Origin: Patescibacteria group bacterium
Lineage (GTDB): Bacteria > Patescibacteriota > Microgenomatia > Curtissbacterales > GWA2-41-24
DNA length: 64,000 bases
Assembly: GCA_038063735.1 (NCBI GenBank)
Contig: JBBTUN010000009.1
Location: forward strand, 12,491 to 76,490
Direction of reading: 5' to 3'
Below, in pieces: positions 55,625 to 64,000 of this stretch (the first letter of the stretch is position 1; each line of letters opens with the position of its first letter). The notes below the pieces were generated by a model. It saw only the letters and a list, made by a program, of their open reading frames with translations, was not told the DNA's origin and searched no databases. A program made the position numbers and the translations under genes.

Positions 55625-56458
55625 TTACTTCCTCCATTTTTCCGGCAAATATTTATTAAGGGAGCCTGCTCCCATGATTTTATACTGCTGAACTATACCA
55701 ATTATTGTAAACGTATTCCAGTAAAGCGAAAGCCCAACAGGGAAGCCATACGAAAAAAAGGCGATCATTGCCGGCATAATCAAGGCCATTTGGGTTTGCA
55801 TTTGAGCCATCGAATCCTCAAGGCTGTCGCCTTTACCGTCTTTGCCCTTTTTTTTGACGAGAGCCGTAGCCGGTTTTTCGGGATTCACCAGCATCTTTGA
55901 TTGAATGAATTGAAAGACTCCGGTAAGAATTGGGATTATCAATATAAAAATCCCAATAGTTGCCCACTCGTTTGGTTTACTGGACAAACTTAGGCCAAAA
56001 AAAGATGTGTCTGGGATATTTGCCAGTTTTAGTGAAGGGATATATACACGGTCGTTAATATTTGTCAGAAGTTCGCTACTATTTAGATCCACAAACTTTA
56101 AAAGCACCTGGTAAAGAGCAATGAAAACCGGAATCTGAAGAACCAAGGGCAAGCAGCCTGCTGCCGGATTAACACCGTGTTCCTTGTAAAGCTTACTGAC
56201 TTCCTGCTGGTGACGAACTTTGTCACTGCCATGGGTTGCTTTAATTCTGTCCAAGTGCGGCTTTAATTCGGCCATTTTCTTACTGCTTTTAAGCTGGGCG
56301 GTTGTTAGGGGCCAAAGGATTAGTCTAATGACGACTGTTAGGATAATTATTGAAAAACCAAGAGCACCCGGAACCTTAACCTGCGAAAAAGCAGCGTAGA
56401 TTACAATCAGCACGTTTAGGATGGGGTTGATAAGTAGAGCGTCGAAAATATTCATCAT
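55625..56458 (-). CDS. yidC: Membrane protein insertase YidC
   Basis: [24 protein letters not shown] and GLSLYW. Confidence 0.96.
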   Translation of the reverse strand: MMNIFDALLINPILNVLIVIYAAFSQVKVPGALGFSIIILTVVIRLILWPLTTAQLKSSKKMAELKPHLDRIKATHGSDKVRHQQEVSKLYKEHGVNPAAGCLPLVLQIPVFIALYQVLLKFVDLNSSELLTNINDRVYIPSLKLANIPDTSFFGLSLSSKPNEWATIGIFILIIPILTGVFQFIQSKMLVNPEKPATALVKKKGKDGKGDSLEDSMAQMQTQMALIMPAMIAFFSYGFPVGLSLYWNTFTIIGIVQQYKIMGAGSLNKYLPEKWRK

Positions 56459-56664
56459 GTTAGTGGATCAATAATTTGCCTTTTGGTGAGCGGGTGGCAC
56501 GCCAGTAGCCTTTTGATTGACAAGGCCAAGCCTTTTCCAAAACCATACTTTTCGAACGCTTGTTGCGAGTAAGCGGAACATGTTGGCAGGAAACGGCAAG
56601 TGACAAGCGTTGACGGGAAAATAATATGATATAGGCGGTAAGCAATTTTAATAATTCTTATCAT
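56455..56664 (-). CDS. yidD: Membrane protein insertion efficiency factor YidD
   Basis: CRF.PTCS.Y, R...CHP and DP; between rnpA and yidC. Confidence 0.93.
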   Translation of the reverse strand: MIRIIKIAYRLYHIIFPSTLVTCRFLPTCSAYSQQAFEKYGFGKGLALSIKRLLACHPLTKRQIIDPLT

Positions 56665-56980
56665 TGTGTATTTTTTTTAAGGACTCTTCGATTTCTACAC
56701 CCACCTCCTTTTGGGTCGAGTGGGCAAAATTAATTTTGGCAATAAAAAGCAGTTCTGCCTTAATATCCTTTTTATTCTTAAGGCTTGCGGCCACCAAGCG
56801 CTTCATTCTATTTCTATCTACCGCAAGTTTTGCAATTTTTTTAGATACTACCGTTGCTGCTTTAAACTGTGGCGCTTTTTTATAAATGATATCAAAGCGC
56901 AAGCCCAAAATCCTCTGGCCTTTAAATCTTCCTGAATTTTTATTTTTGGATAAATTTAAACGGCTAATTTTCGCCAACAT
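56648..56980 (-). CDS. rnpA: Ribonuclease P protein component
   Basis: [17 protein letters not shown] (RNR motif); follows rpmH. Confidence 0.92.
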   Translation of the reverse strand: MLAKISRLNLSKNKNSGRFKGQRILGLRFDIIYKKAPQFKAATVVSKKIAKLAVDRNRMKRLVAASLKNKKDIKAELLFIAKINFAHSTQKEVGVEIEESLKKIHNDKNY

Positions 56981-57117
56981 TAAACTGTTAACTTCGCGCG
57001 TTTTTTGGTTCTTCTTCTTTTGACAACATTTTGTCCGTCGGTTGTTCTCATGCGCACGCGAAAACCGTGTGTTTTGGCCCTTTTTCTTTTTTTAGGTTGA
57101 TAAGTTCGTTTTGGCAT
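56980..57117 (-). CDS. rpmH: 50S ribosomal protein L34 (45 aa, absent from the ORF track)
   Basis: [45 protein letters not shown]. Confidence 0.97.
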   Translation of the reverse strand: MPKRTYQPKKRKRAKTHGFRVRMRTTDGQNVVKRRRTKKRAKLTV

Positions 57118-57350
57118 GAGGTAAAGATTATACTAAGGGCAAAAAATTTGCAAGTTGTTGCCTAAATAGATAGTTTTTACACATTTAATTTTGATATGTT
57201 GACAGTGTGGAAAAGATTTGTAATTATGGATACCGGACTTAAGTTTTAGTCCACTTTTAGTAGATTTAAAATCTTCAGTAAAAATTGCCTGCACAAAATT
57301 TTACCGGAGCATGAGCTTGCTCTAACTGCCATAAACTCTTTGAGATTAAT

Positions 57351-58706
57351 ATGTATAAGATCGGCCAAAAGGTGTGGGGAGAAGTCCTTAGCGACCTTAA
57401 AATATCTGTTTCTGCTTCGAATTTTAAGACCTGGTTTTTGGGGTCCTATGTTATGGATTTTAAAAAAGAGGAGAATTCTAACGTTTTAACGATTGGAGTA
57501 AAAAGCAGCTTTTTGAAAGAACAAATTGAAAGGCGATACCAGGACACAATTAACCAAATACTAGTTAGAAAAAAGGCCAACACCAATGTTAATTTTGTTG
57601 TTGGACAGCCTAATAGAGTGGAAGAGCAGACTAATACACCGTTATTCACAGGCGTTGCTCAACAATTCTTCCAACCGCTTAGGCGACCCGATTCCCTCAA
57701 TGCGGGCTACACCTTTAAAAACTATGTGGTTGGGGTTTCCAATAATCTTGCTTATATAGCTGCAACCCAGGTAGTTGGCGACCCGGGCAAAATTTATAAT
57801 CCCTTTCTTGTTTATGGACCAACCGGGGTTGGTAAAACTCATCTTTTGCAAGCTATTGGTAATGATTTTTTGGCAAAGTATACGGACGCAAAAGTTCTTT
57901 ATGTAACAGCAGAAAAGTTTACGAACGATTACTTAGAATCGCTTTCTAACAAAACGCAGATTGCCTTCCGCAGCAAGTATAGAAACGTCCACTTGTTAAT
58001 TATTGATGACATGCAATTTTTGGCAGGTAAAGAAAGTACACAAGATGAATTCTTCCACACTTTTAACGACCTGGACCTGGCCGGCCGGCAAATAATTGCG
58101 GCTTGCGACAGACACCCAAAAGACTTGGGGAAATTAAAAGAGAGACTTGTAAGCAGATTCCTGGGCGGTATGTGTGTTGATATTGGGCCGGCTGACTTAG
58201 ATATGAAAATCGCTATCGTTAAGTCAAAATGCGACGAGCGTGGAGTAAGTGTTGCCAATGATGTTATTGAGCATATAGCCAGTCAATGCAGTGGGGGAGC
58301 CCGTGAACTTGAGGGGATGCTGACGACAACACTCGCCCACATTAGACTTTCGGGTGGAAACACAAACACCAATGATATTAAAAATGCAATTCTCAGGAAT
58401 AAAAAGTTTATACCTAAAAAATTAACAATAGGTATGGTGAGCGACGCGGTATGTAGACATTTTAAGGTTTCCCTCGAGGATTTGAGAGGCTCTTCCAGAA
58501 AGGCCCGAACTGTTTATATTAGGCAGCTACTTATGTATATGCTGAGAAAAGAGCTTGAGTTGCCTCTTGTTGCAATTGGCGATGTTTTGGGGGGCCGCGA
58601 CCACTCAACTGTTATACATAGTGTTTATAAGATGGAAACAGAGATAAGCCTCAAGCAAAGTTTGCGTGATGAGGTGCACCGCATTAAGTCCCTTTTGGAA
58701 GCTTAA
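57351..58706 (+). CDS. dnaA: Chromosomal replication initiator DnaA
   Basis: YNP...YGPTGVGKTHL, LIIDD.QFL, RL.SRF, RELEG and GGRDHSTV. Confidence 0.99.
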   Translation: MYKIGQKVWGEVLSDLKISVSASNFKTWFLGSYVMDFKKEENSNVLTIGVKSSFLKEQIERRYQDTINQILVRKKANTNVNFVVGQPNRVEEQTNTPLFTGVAQQFFQPLRRPDSLNAGYTFKNYVVGVSNNLAYIAATQVVGDPGKIYNPFLVYGPTGVGKTHLLQAIGNDFLAKYTDAKVLYVTAEKFTNDYLESLSNKTQIAFRSKYRNVHLLIIDDMQFLAGKESTQDEFFHTFNDLDLAGRQIIAACDRHPKDLGKLKERLVSRFLGGMCVDIGPADLDMKIAIVKSKCDERGVSVANDVIEHIASQCSGGARELEGMLTTTLAHIRLSGGNTNTNDIKNAILRNKKFIPKKLTIGMVSDAVCRHFKVSLEDLRGSSRKARTVYIRQLLMYMLRKELELPLVAIGDVLGGRDHSTVIHSVYKMETEISLKQSLRDEVHRIKSLLEA

Positions 58707-58967
58707 GTTCTCCCCATGTTTTAAACACATAATTTTTGGCTTGGCCTACTAAATAACGGTGGTTTTGAACATAGTTTTCCACAACACACCAGCCTTAACT
58801 ATTTCTTTTTTATTAACTTTTCCACATTACTATATAAACTACTACTGTTTTGATTAAGCTAGAAAATTAGATATATTAAAGTGTTATAATCACGAGGGGA
58901 TTACGTTACAACTTAATCTTTTTGACTTCTGCCCACAGGTTTTTTCTCGGAACCCCAAATTTGGTAA
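58707..58967. other. Probable oriC unwinding region
   Basis: TTTTCCACA boxes at 58775-58783 and 58818-58826, followed by DnaA-trio-like TTACTATATAAACTACTACT and an AT-rich tract; another box (TGTGGAAAA) at 57206-57214. Confidence 0.75.
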
Positions 58968-60110
58968 ATGAAATTTTCAATAAATCAACAAGTATTTTTA
59001 AAGTCTTTAAGTGTTGTCAATAGATCTCTTTTGTCCAAAAGCAACTTACCAATACTTGCCAATGTTTTAATAAGTGCCAAAGGCGGCAAGATAGAGTTTG
59101 TAACAACAAGCCTGGAGACTGCAACCAGGGTAGAAATAGCAGGGAAGGTGACAGAGGAAGGAAGAACAACCCTGCCTAGCAGGGCGGTGAACGAATTTGT
59201 TTCACAACTTAATGAAGTAGAACTATCTTTTGAAAAGCTTGGGGAAGAAGTTCTTATTTCTGCACCGGGGTTTAAGGCAAGGTTTGCGACAATGGCAGCT
59301 GAAGAGTTCCCGGCAATTCCAAAAGTTGACAGCGGGAAACAGGTGGAAGTTGTGGGCCAGGACTTTGTTGAGGGGATAAACAAGGTAGTATTTTGTGCCG
59401 CAGTTGATGAGAGCCGGCCGATTTTAACCGGCGTGCTTGTTGAGACAAATAAGAAGGGTTTTTCTATGGTTGCAACCGATGGGTTCCGCTTGGGTTTTTG
59501 CCAGGTTAAGGTGGAGGGGCAGCAGGAGCCGGGCGGCCTCAAATTTATAATACCCGCAAAGGCGCTTAGTGAAATAGCCAAGATAATATCAGAATCAAAT
59601 GAAGAAAAAGGGGTAGGGGTAAAGGTTAAAATGATGGTGTCTGATAACTTGAGCCAGGTAGTTTTTAAGATAAATAATGTAGAGTTTACATCCCGACTTA
59701 TTGAAGGAGTTTTTCCAAACTGGGAGAAGCTGATCCCAAGCACATTTAGTTCAAAGGCAAAACTTAATAGGGGTGAATTCTTAAGACTTATTAAAATTGC
59801 CTCAATTTTTTCCCGGGACTCCGGCAATATAGTCAAATTGAGCCTTGAGAATGGTGGGAAGACCTCGAAGCTCTCGGTTAATTCTACAACAGCGCAGGTT
59901 GGGTCAAGTGAATCGGAAATACCAATTGCTATGGATGGGAAAGGCGGGGAGATTGCTTTTAATTATCGTTATCTAATAGAGGCACTAACTACCATCGGAG
60001 AAGAGGATGTGAATTTTGAAATGAATGAGAGTTTAAATCCGGGTAAAATAACAGGAACTACTGATGACAATTTTTTCCATATAATCATGCCTGTTCGATT
60101 GCAGAATTGA
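58968..60110 (+). CDS. dnaN: DNA polymerase III beta clamp
   Basis: SR..LTGV, VATDGFRL, SRLIEG.FP, IAFN.RY and IIMPVR. Confidence 0.98.
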   Translation: MKFSINQQVFLKSLSVVNRSLLSKSNLPILANVLISAKGGKIEFVTTSLETATRVEIAGKVTEEGRTTLPSRAVNEFVSQLNEVELSFEKLGEEVLISAPGFKARFATMAAEEFPAIPKVDSGKQVEVVGQDFVEGINKVVFCAAVDESRPILTGVLVETNKKGFSMVATDGFRLGFCQVKVEGQQEPGGLKFIIPAKALSEIAKIISESNEEKGVGVKVKMMVSDNLSQVVFKINNVEFTSRLIEGVFPNWEKLIPSTFSSKAKLNRGEFLRLIKIASIFSRDSGNIVKLSLENGGKTSKLSVNSTTAQVGSSESEIPIAMDGKGGEIAFNYRYLIEALTTIGEEDVNFEMNESLNPGKITGTTDDNFFHIIMPVRLQN

Positions 60111-60149
60111 CCTTTGGCATTTGACAATTGACCTTTGGCATTTGACAAT
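60105..60149. repeat. Exact 21-bp tandem duplication (AATTGACCTTTGGCATTTGAC)x2
   Basis: Read directly; spans the dnaN stop; made of three degenerate heptamers per unit. Confidence 0.9.
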
Positions 60150-60458
60150 CTCTTTGTGTTTAAACCGGTTGGATCTTTGATTAACAAAATACCCCAAAGG
60201 GCGAAGGTTGGCGACGCTTTGGTTGCTATTAGGGTGAGACAAGCTGCAAAGGATGCATTGGACGGTTTTCTTAAAAATTACCCGCCAGAGGTTAGAAGTG
60301 GTGTAAAAATAAAAACATACAAAAATGGGGTTTTGACCATTAATGCTACACCTTCGGTCTCCGCGGAACTGCATATGAGCGCCAATAGGTTAATTGAGGA
60401 GGTAAACTATATCTTAAAGACAAAGGCTGTCAAGGCTCTGAGGTTTAAGGCATTTTAG
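60135..60458 (+). CDS. DciA/DUF721-like protein
   Basis: NGVLTI......SAEL......LI..VN.......V..LRF pattern; follows dnaN; start uncertain. Confidence 0.7.
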   Translation: MAFDNLFVFKPVGSLINKIPQRAKVGDALVAIRVRQAAKDALDGFLKNYPPEVRSGVKIKTYKNGVLTINATPSVSAELHMSANRLIEEVNYILKTKAVKALRFKAF

Positions 60459-61474
60459 GGAGAGACAGCGGGGAGATACATTATTACGGATCCAGGCGCA
60501 CCCTTTGAAGTTGTAAAATTACCTTCGAAAACATAAATTGGCTGAATTGTTCCATCTGGTTTATTTGTGTAGAAATAAGCTAAGTAAATATTTTTGATAG
60601 TTACGGTACCAATTTCTTGCACGTTAAGGTTGTAAAGGTCATTTGCCTGCCCAAATTTATCGAGAATGAAAGCAGAGGTTATAACAGCTTTCTTAGCATT
60701 AAGTTCGCTAAGCGCTGTTTGTTTATTTTTTAATTTGTAACTTTCTGACTCGTCAAACGAGAAAGGGTAAGTGATATTGGCTTCAATAACGTTTCCGTCC
60801 TGGCTAACCTTAATTTTTGCAAAAGAGGGCTGTCGTGAGTTAGTAAGAACTTTGTACGCGCCTATGTTTAGGTCGAAAGAGAATTCTATGAATTGAGCAG
60901 AGTCCTTTGGGGCGCTTACGTAGGCGTCTCCCTGGATTTTTTGGTAGTTGGTTTGGGAAGAGTTAATAGTCAACTCGAATGGTAAAAAGCCTAAATTGTT
61001 TAGAAAGCCTGACGCGGCCCCTATCAATTCTTCGGTGGGTTTTTGTCCAGTTGAGTTTTGCAGCGTCTTGTTTGTGTATCTTATTTCCTTTTTATTAATT
61101 TCCAGATCGTGGGTTGGTGTATTAAAGCTATACTGGATGCCCGAATAAGTGTTTTCTTTGAGAGTTGGCTTTGGGTCAAGCCCAAAACTTTTGGCAGTTG
61201 TTGACGCTTGCTCGTCACTTAGCTCGGTGGGTTTTAGGTTATAAGTGGGAAGCTTGTCTGGTATTTTCGGGAAGGCTGCTTCAACTTTGAATGAAGAGGC
61301 GGATTTGTCAGTATTTTGTTCGATTGCTGGTCGGGGAATTGAAGGACTTGTCGGGGTTTTGAGACCTTGGACTTTTAAAAATATCAAATAGAGAAGCGGT
61401 GGAATCAGAAGAAAAAAGACCAGGGGAAGAATATATTTTTTTATATATGCAGATGTTTCTCCAAGTGTTGCCAT
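60455..61474 (-). CDS. Membrane-anchored hypothetical protein (YycI-like)
   Basis: MATL.ETS N-terminus, TM, C-terminal LAYF......QPIYVFEG....YLPAV. Confidence 0.75.
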   Translation of the reverse strand: MATLGETSAYIKKYILPLVFFLLIPPLLYLIFLKVQGLKTPTSPSIPRPAIEQNTDKSASSFKVEAAFPKIPDKLPTYNLKPTELSDEQASTTAKSFGLDPKPTLKENTYSGIQYSFNTPTHDLEINKKEIRYTNKTLQNSTGQKPTEELIGAASGFLNNLGFLPFELTINSSQTNYQKIQGDAYVSAPKDSAQFIEFSFDLNIGAYKVLTNSRQPSFAKIKVSQDGNVIEANITYPFSFDESESYKLKNKQTALSELNAKKAVITSAFILDKFGQANDLYNLNVQEIGTVTIKNIYLAYFYTNKPDGTIQPIYVFEGNFTTSKGAPGSVIMYLPAVSP

Positions 61475-61476
61475 GG

Positions 61477-63936
61477 TTAGTAGGTTACCCCGCAAGCGGC
61501 TTCTCCATCGCAGGTTTGGGGAGGAGAGGTTGGGATATATGGGGTTGTCATATTTAGACCGATAAACGAATAGTGTAAATGCGGACCGGTGACGTGACCA
61601 GTGTCGCCTACTCTGCCAATTTGTGTGCCAAATGTAATTGGTTGGTTCGGAGCGACAAGCGCATCGATACTATTTAGGTGCGCCCACCTGGCAGTAAAGG
61701 CGGTGCCATTACAGTTTCCGGCCACGTCGACAAATCTACCATAACCATTATCGTTCGCGTCATTTACTCTAATCGCCGTGCCGGTAAAGGTTGCAAAAGT
61801 CGGGGTATTAGTTGTTGTTGCGCCGGCGATGTCGATTGCTTCTTCACCGAATGCAAAAAGTGCGTTGTGAGACCAGGCACCCTTAATACCTTGGCTGATT
61901 GTTCCTGCTGCCGTCGGCCAGCCGGCTGGGCAATTTGCCGGCGGGTTACCGATTTGAACGGTTGTTGTAGCCGAATCTGTTTTGGTGGTGCCATCGGCCA
62001 TTGTGGCATTGACAGTAATTGTATTGATGATACTTGAATCGGTTGGGATTGAAGTTGTGGATATTGGAATATTGACGCTGCAGAAATTATTGGGAGCGAT
62101 TGGGGTAGGTTCCGGGCATCCGGCTTGTAGTGCGAGAGAAATGGGGTTTCCATTTTTATCTTGAGTTATCGGAGCCGAATCAATGCCATTTTTATCTCTA
62201 TATCTTAAAAAGTCGACCATGGTGTGACTTTGGATTGCCTGGGATTTGGCAGTTAGTTTTATGGTGAAGGTGACGACAGCTCCCGGAGTAGCAAGTTGCC
62301 TGGGATCTGCTGTTTTTTCGATGGTAAAGAATTCGTTTACACCAGGGATTACGACCTCCGATGCTAAATCACCTTCCGGTGTGTAGAAGGCGGAGTTGGT
62401 GACAACGCCTGCAAGAATCGTGCCGGTAGTTATGGATGCAATGCTGCCGCCGATTGCGACTGTGGTGATATTGCCTGCAATGGCGCTTCCAGAAGAAGTT
62501 AGTGCGTTAAGAGTACCTTTGGCGATGGTACCTAAGAATCCGAAAGTGCTTTCGGCTGCTGTGGCGACTCCTCCCCAGATTGAGGAGGCAATGCCGGTTG
62601 CAAAGGTGCCCGCAGAACTTATCAAAGTTGCAGATGCGTTACCTACACCACTGCCGACATATTCGATGCCGCCTTTTGCTCCACTACCAAAGTTGCTAAC
62701 CCAATCCCGAAATGCATTGAACGGTTTGGTGATAATTTCCCAAGGATGGGTAGCCAGGTGAATGGTGGCCAGTGGGTCTACCCAGCCGCGCCAGGCCCAG
62801 TATCCTACCCAGCCAATATATAAAAATGGTCCGACAACAGGTACAGCAAGAAGCGGCAACCCAGTAACAAGGCCAAAGGCCAGGCCGGATATTACGCCTA
62901 ATAGCTTGGCCATCAACATTAGCCACAAAAGGAATATCAAAGCCTGGATGGCGGCCATTATTTTTAGAACTTTTACGAGTAGTCTTTTGAGCTTATCCTT
63001 AAAAAGGAGGGCTATATTTGCTACAGCACCGACCAGGGTGCCGCTGGTAATTAGAATTTTTAGCGCTTTAATTACTTTGATAAGTGTTTTTATTGTGCTG
63101 GCAATACCTTTTACGTTTGAGACCAAGTTGACGGCAGGTGCAATTGCAGCTGCGCCGAGTGCTGTTGCCTTATTTTGGGCACCGGTTGCTACTGCCTGGC
63201 CTACCGATTTTGCGGCGGTTTTGGGGCTTGTTACCGCCGTTCTGGTAAATTTGGCTCCTTGGCTAATTCCTCCAACAACTTTTACGGTGTTATCTTTAAA
63301 ATTTATGAATGGTCGCGCGACAACATAGCCTGCGTCTTTGGCCATGTTTTTGGCACCGGACTTTACGGACCTAAATATTTTTTGTCTGAGAGTCGGTTTT
63401 TCGAAGATACTGAGATCCGGTGGGGTTGCTCCCTGGCCGCTTGCTGCCGGAATCGGTATTTGAATTGGCTTTAGTGCTTGCGGAGCTTGGGGTGCAGCGG
63501 CATTTGCTTGCATCTGCTTTACTTTTTCGGCTTCCGCGATGATTGTTCCTGCCACTAGCCCAGTACCTGCAGCTTTTGCGCCTTCCAGTTTTTTACTCTC
63601 ACGGTTTAGCTCGGATTGTTCTTTGGCAATCTCCGCGTTTAGCTGTTTGATTTCGCGGTCCGATTCCAAAAAGCGCTCCCGTGTTTTTTCGGCTTCCTCT
63701 GTGAGAGTTTCAATTGAGGCAAACTTTTCTTCAATACTTTTTGCCAATATCTCGGCTTGTTCGTGTTGGCCTTGGCTGGTTGCGAGAGTCTGCGCGGCCT
63801 GGAGTTCTGTTATTGTCTTTCTGGTTTGGTCTATAGTGGCTTTGAGGGACTTTTGTTTTTCCCTGAGAGATACGAATTGGTTAGATCTTAGGCCCCTTGC
63901 TCTTTTAAGCCCGTCTAATTTTATTGAAATTGCCAT
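61477..63936 (-). CDS. Large membrane protein: coiled coil, Ala/Gly-rich TM region, DUF11-like Ig domain, M23 peptidase
   Basis: IEKTAD....PG.VVTFTI...; SH...AIDIA, YGRFV, WAHL and TGPHLHY. Confidence 0.85.
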   Translation of the reverse strand: MAISIKLDGLKRARGLRSNQFVSLREKQKSLKATIDQTRKTITELQAAQTLATSQGQHEQAEILAKSIEEKFASIETLTEEAEKTRERFLESDREIKQLNAEIAKEQSELNRESKKLEGAKAAGTGLVAGTIIAEAEKVKQMQANAAAPQAPQALKPIQIPIPAASGQGATPPDLSIFEKPTLRQKIFRSVKSGAKNMAKDAGYVVARPFINFKDNTVKVVGGISQGAKFTRTAVTSPKTAAKSVGQAVATGAQNKATALGAAAIAPAVNLVSNVKGIASTIKTLIKVIKALKILITSGTLVGAVANIALLFKDKLKRLLVKVLKIMAAIQALIFLLWLMLMAKLLGVISGLAFGLVTGLPLLAVPVVGPFLYIGWVGYWAWRGWVDPLATIHLATHPWEIITKPFNAFRDWVSNFGSGAKGGIEYVGSGVGNASATLISSAGTFATGIASSIWGGVATAAESTFGFLGTIAKGTLNALTSSGSAIAGNITTVAIGGSIASITTGTILAGVVTNSAFYTPEGDLASEVVIPGVNEFFTIEKTADPRQLATPGAVVTFTIKLTAKSQAIQSHTMVDFLRYRDKNGIDSAPITQDKNGNPISLALQAGCPEPTPIAPNNFCSVNIPISTTSIPTDSSIINTITVNATMADGTTKTDSATTTVQIGNPPANCPAGWPTAAGTISQGIKGAWSHNALFAFGEEAIDIAGATTTNTPTFATFTGTAIRVNDANDNGYGRFVDVAGNCNGTAFTARWAHLNSIDALVAPNQPITFGTQIGRVGDTGHVTGPHLHYSFIGLNMTTPYIPTSPPQTCDGEAACGVTY

Positions 63937-64000
63937 GGCAGAGTTTGTTGTCTATAACAATATATCACTTGGTAGGCAAAAACTCACAGATTCCTTACCA

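Noticed and set aside
56487-56500. GAGCGGGTGGCAC matches the reverse complement of the end of the 118-nt element (copy B)
   Set aside because: It encodes the conserved CHP motif of YidD and the rest of the element is missing; most likely chance.
58985-59836. 283-aa ORF antisense to dnaN
   Set aside because: Shadow ORF of a conserved gene with no motif of its own.

Overview
Chromosomal window from a small-genome bacterium (standard code 11). Gene content and order suggest a Patescibacteria/CPR member, most likely Microgenomates; this is inference, not a search result. The window holds the replication-origin cluster (jag-yidC-yidD-rnpA-rpmH / dnaA-oriC-dnaN-dciA) and housekeeping genes (metG, valS, tsaD, pyrG, groESL, rplY, rnhA, tatD, rmuC, a UvrD-nuclease fusion). 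It also has many cell-envelope genes (FemAB, PBP1A, VanW, two M23 peptidases, a GT2/GT-C/WecA/UbiA locus, flippase, O-antigen ligase), a HigBA-type toxin-antitoxin pair and many hypothetical membrane or pilin-like proteins. I found no rRNA, tRNA, CRISPR array or transposase. The most unusual signals are: (1) a 118-nt structured element with compensatory base changes, present twice, once read in-frame inside valS and once supplying the apparent RBS and start codon of jag; (2) a pyrG leader with the layout of CTP-sensing reiterative-transcription attenuation; (3) a CsrA homologue with a Flp-prepilin-like N-terminal extension; (4) a FabH/type III PKS-like condensing enzyme in a lineage thought to lack fatty-acid synthesis; (5) several families of REP-like hairpins and 7/8/9-bp periodic repeats that enter coding sequence in-frame; (6) structured leaders upstream of an M23 peptidase and rplY in a window that otherwise looks largely leaderless. 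All calls come from reading the sequence by eye; no searches or folding programs were run.
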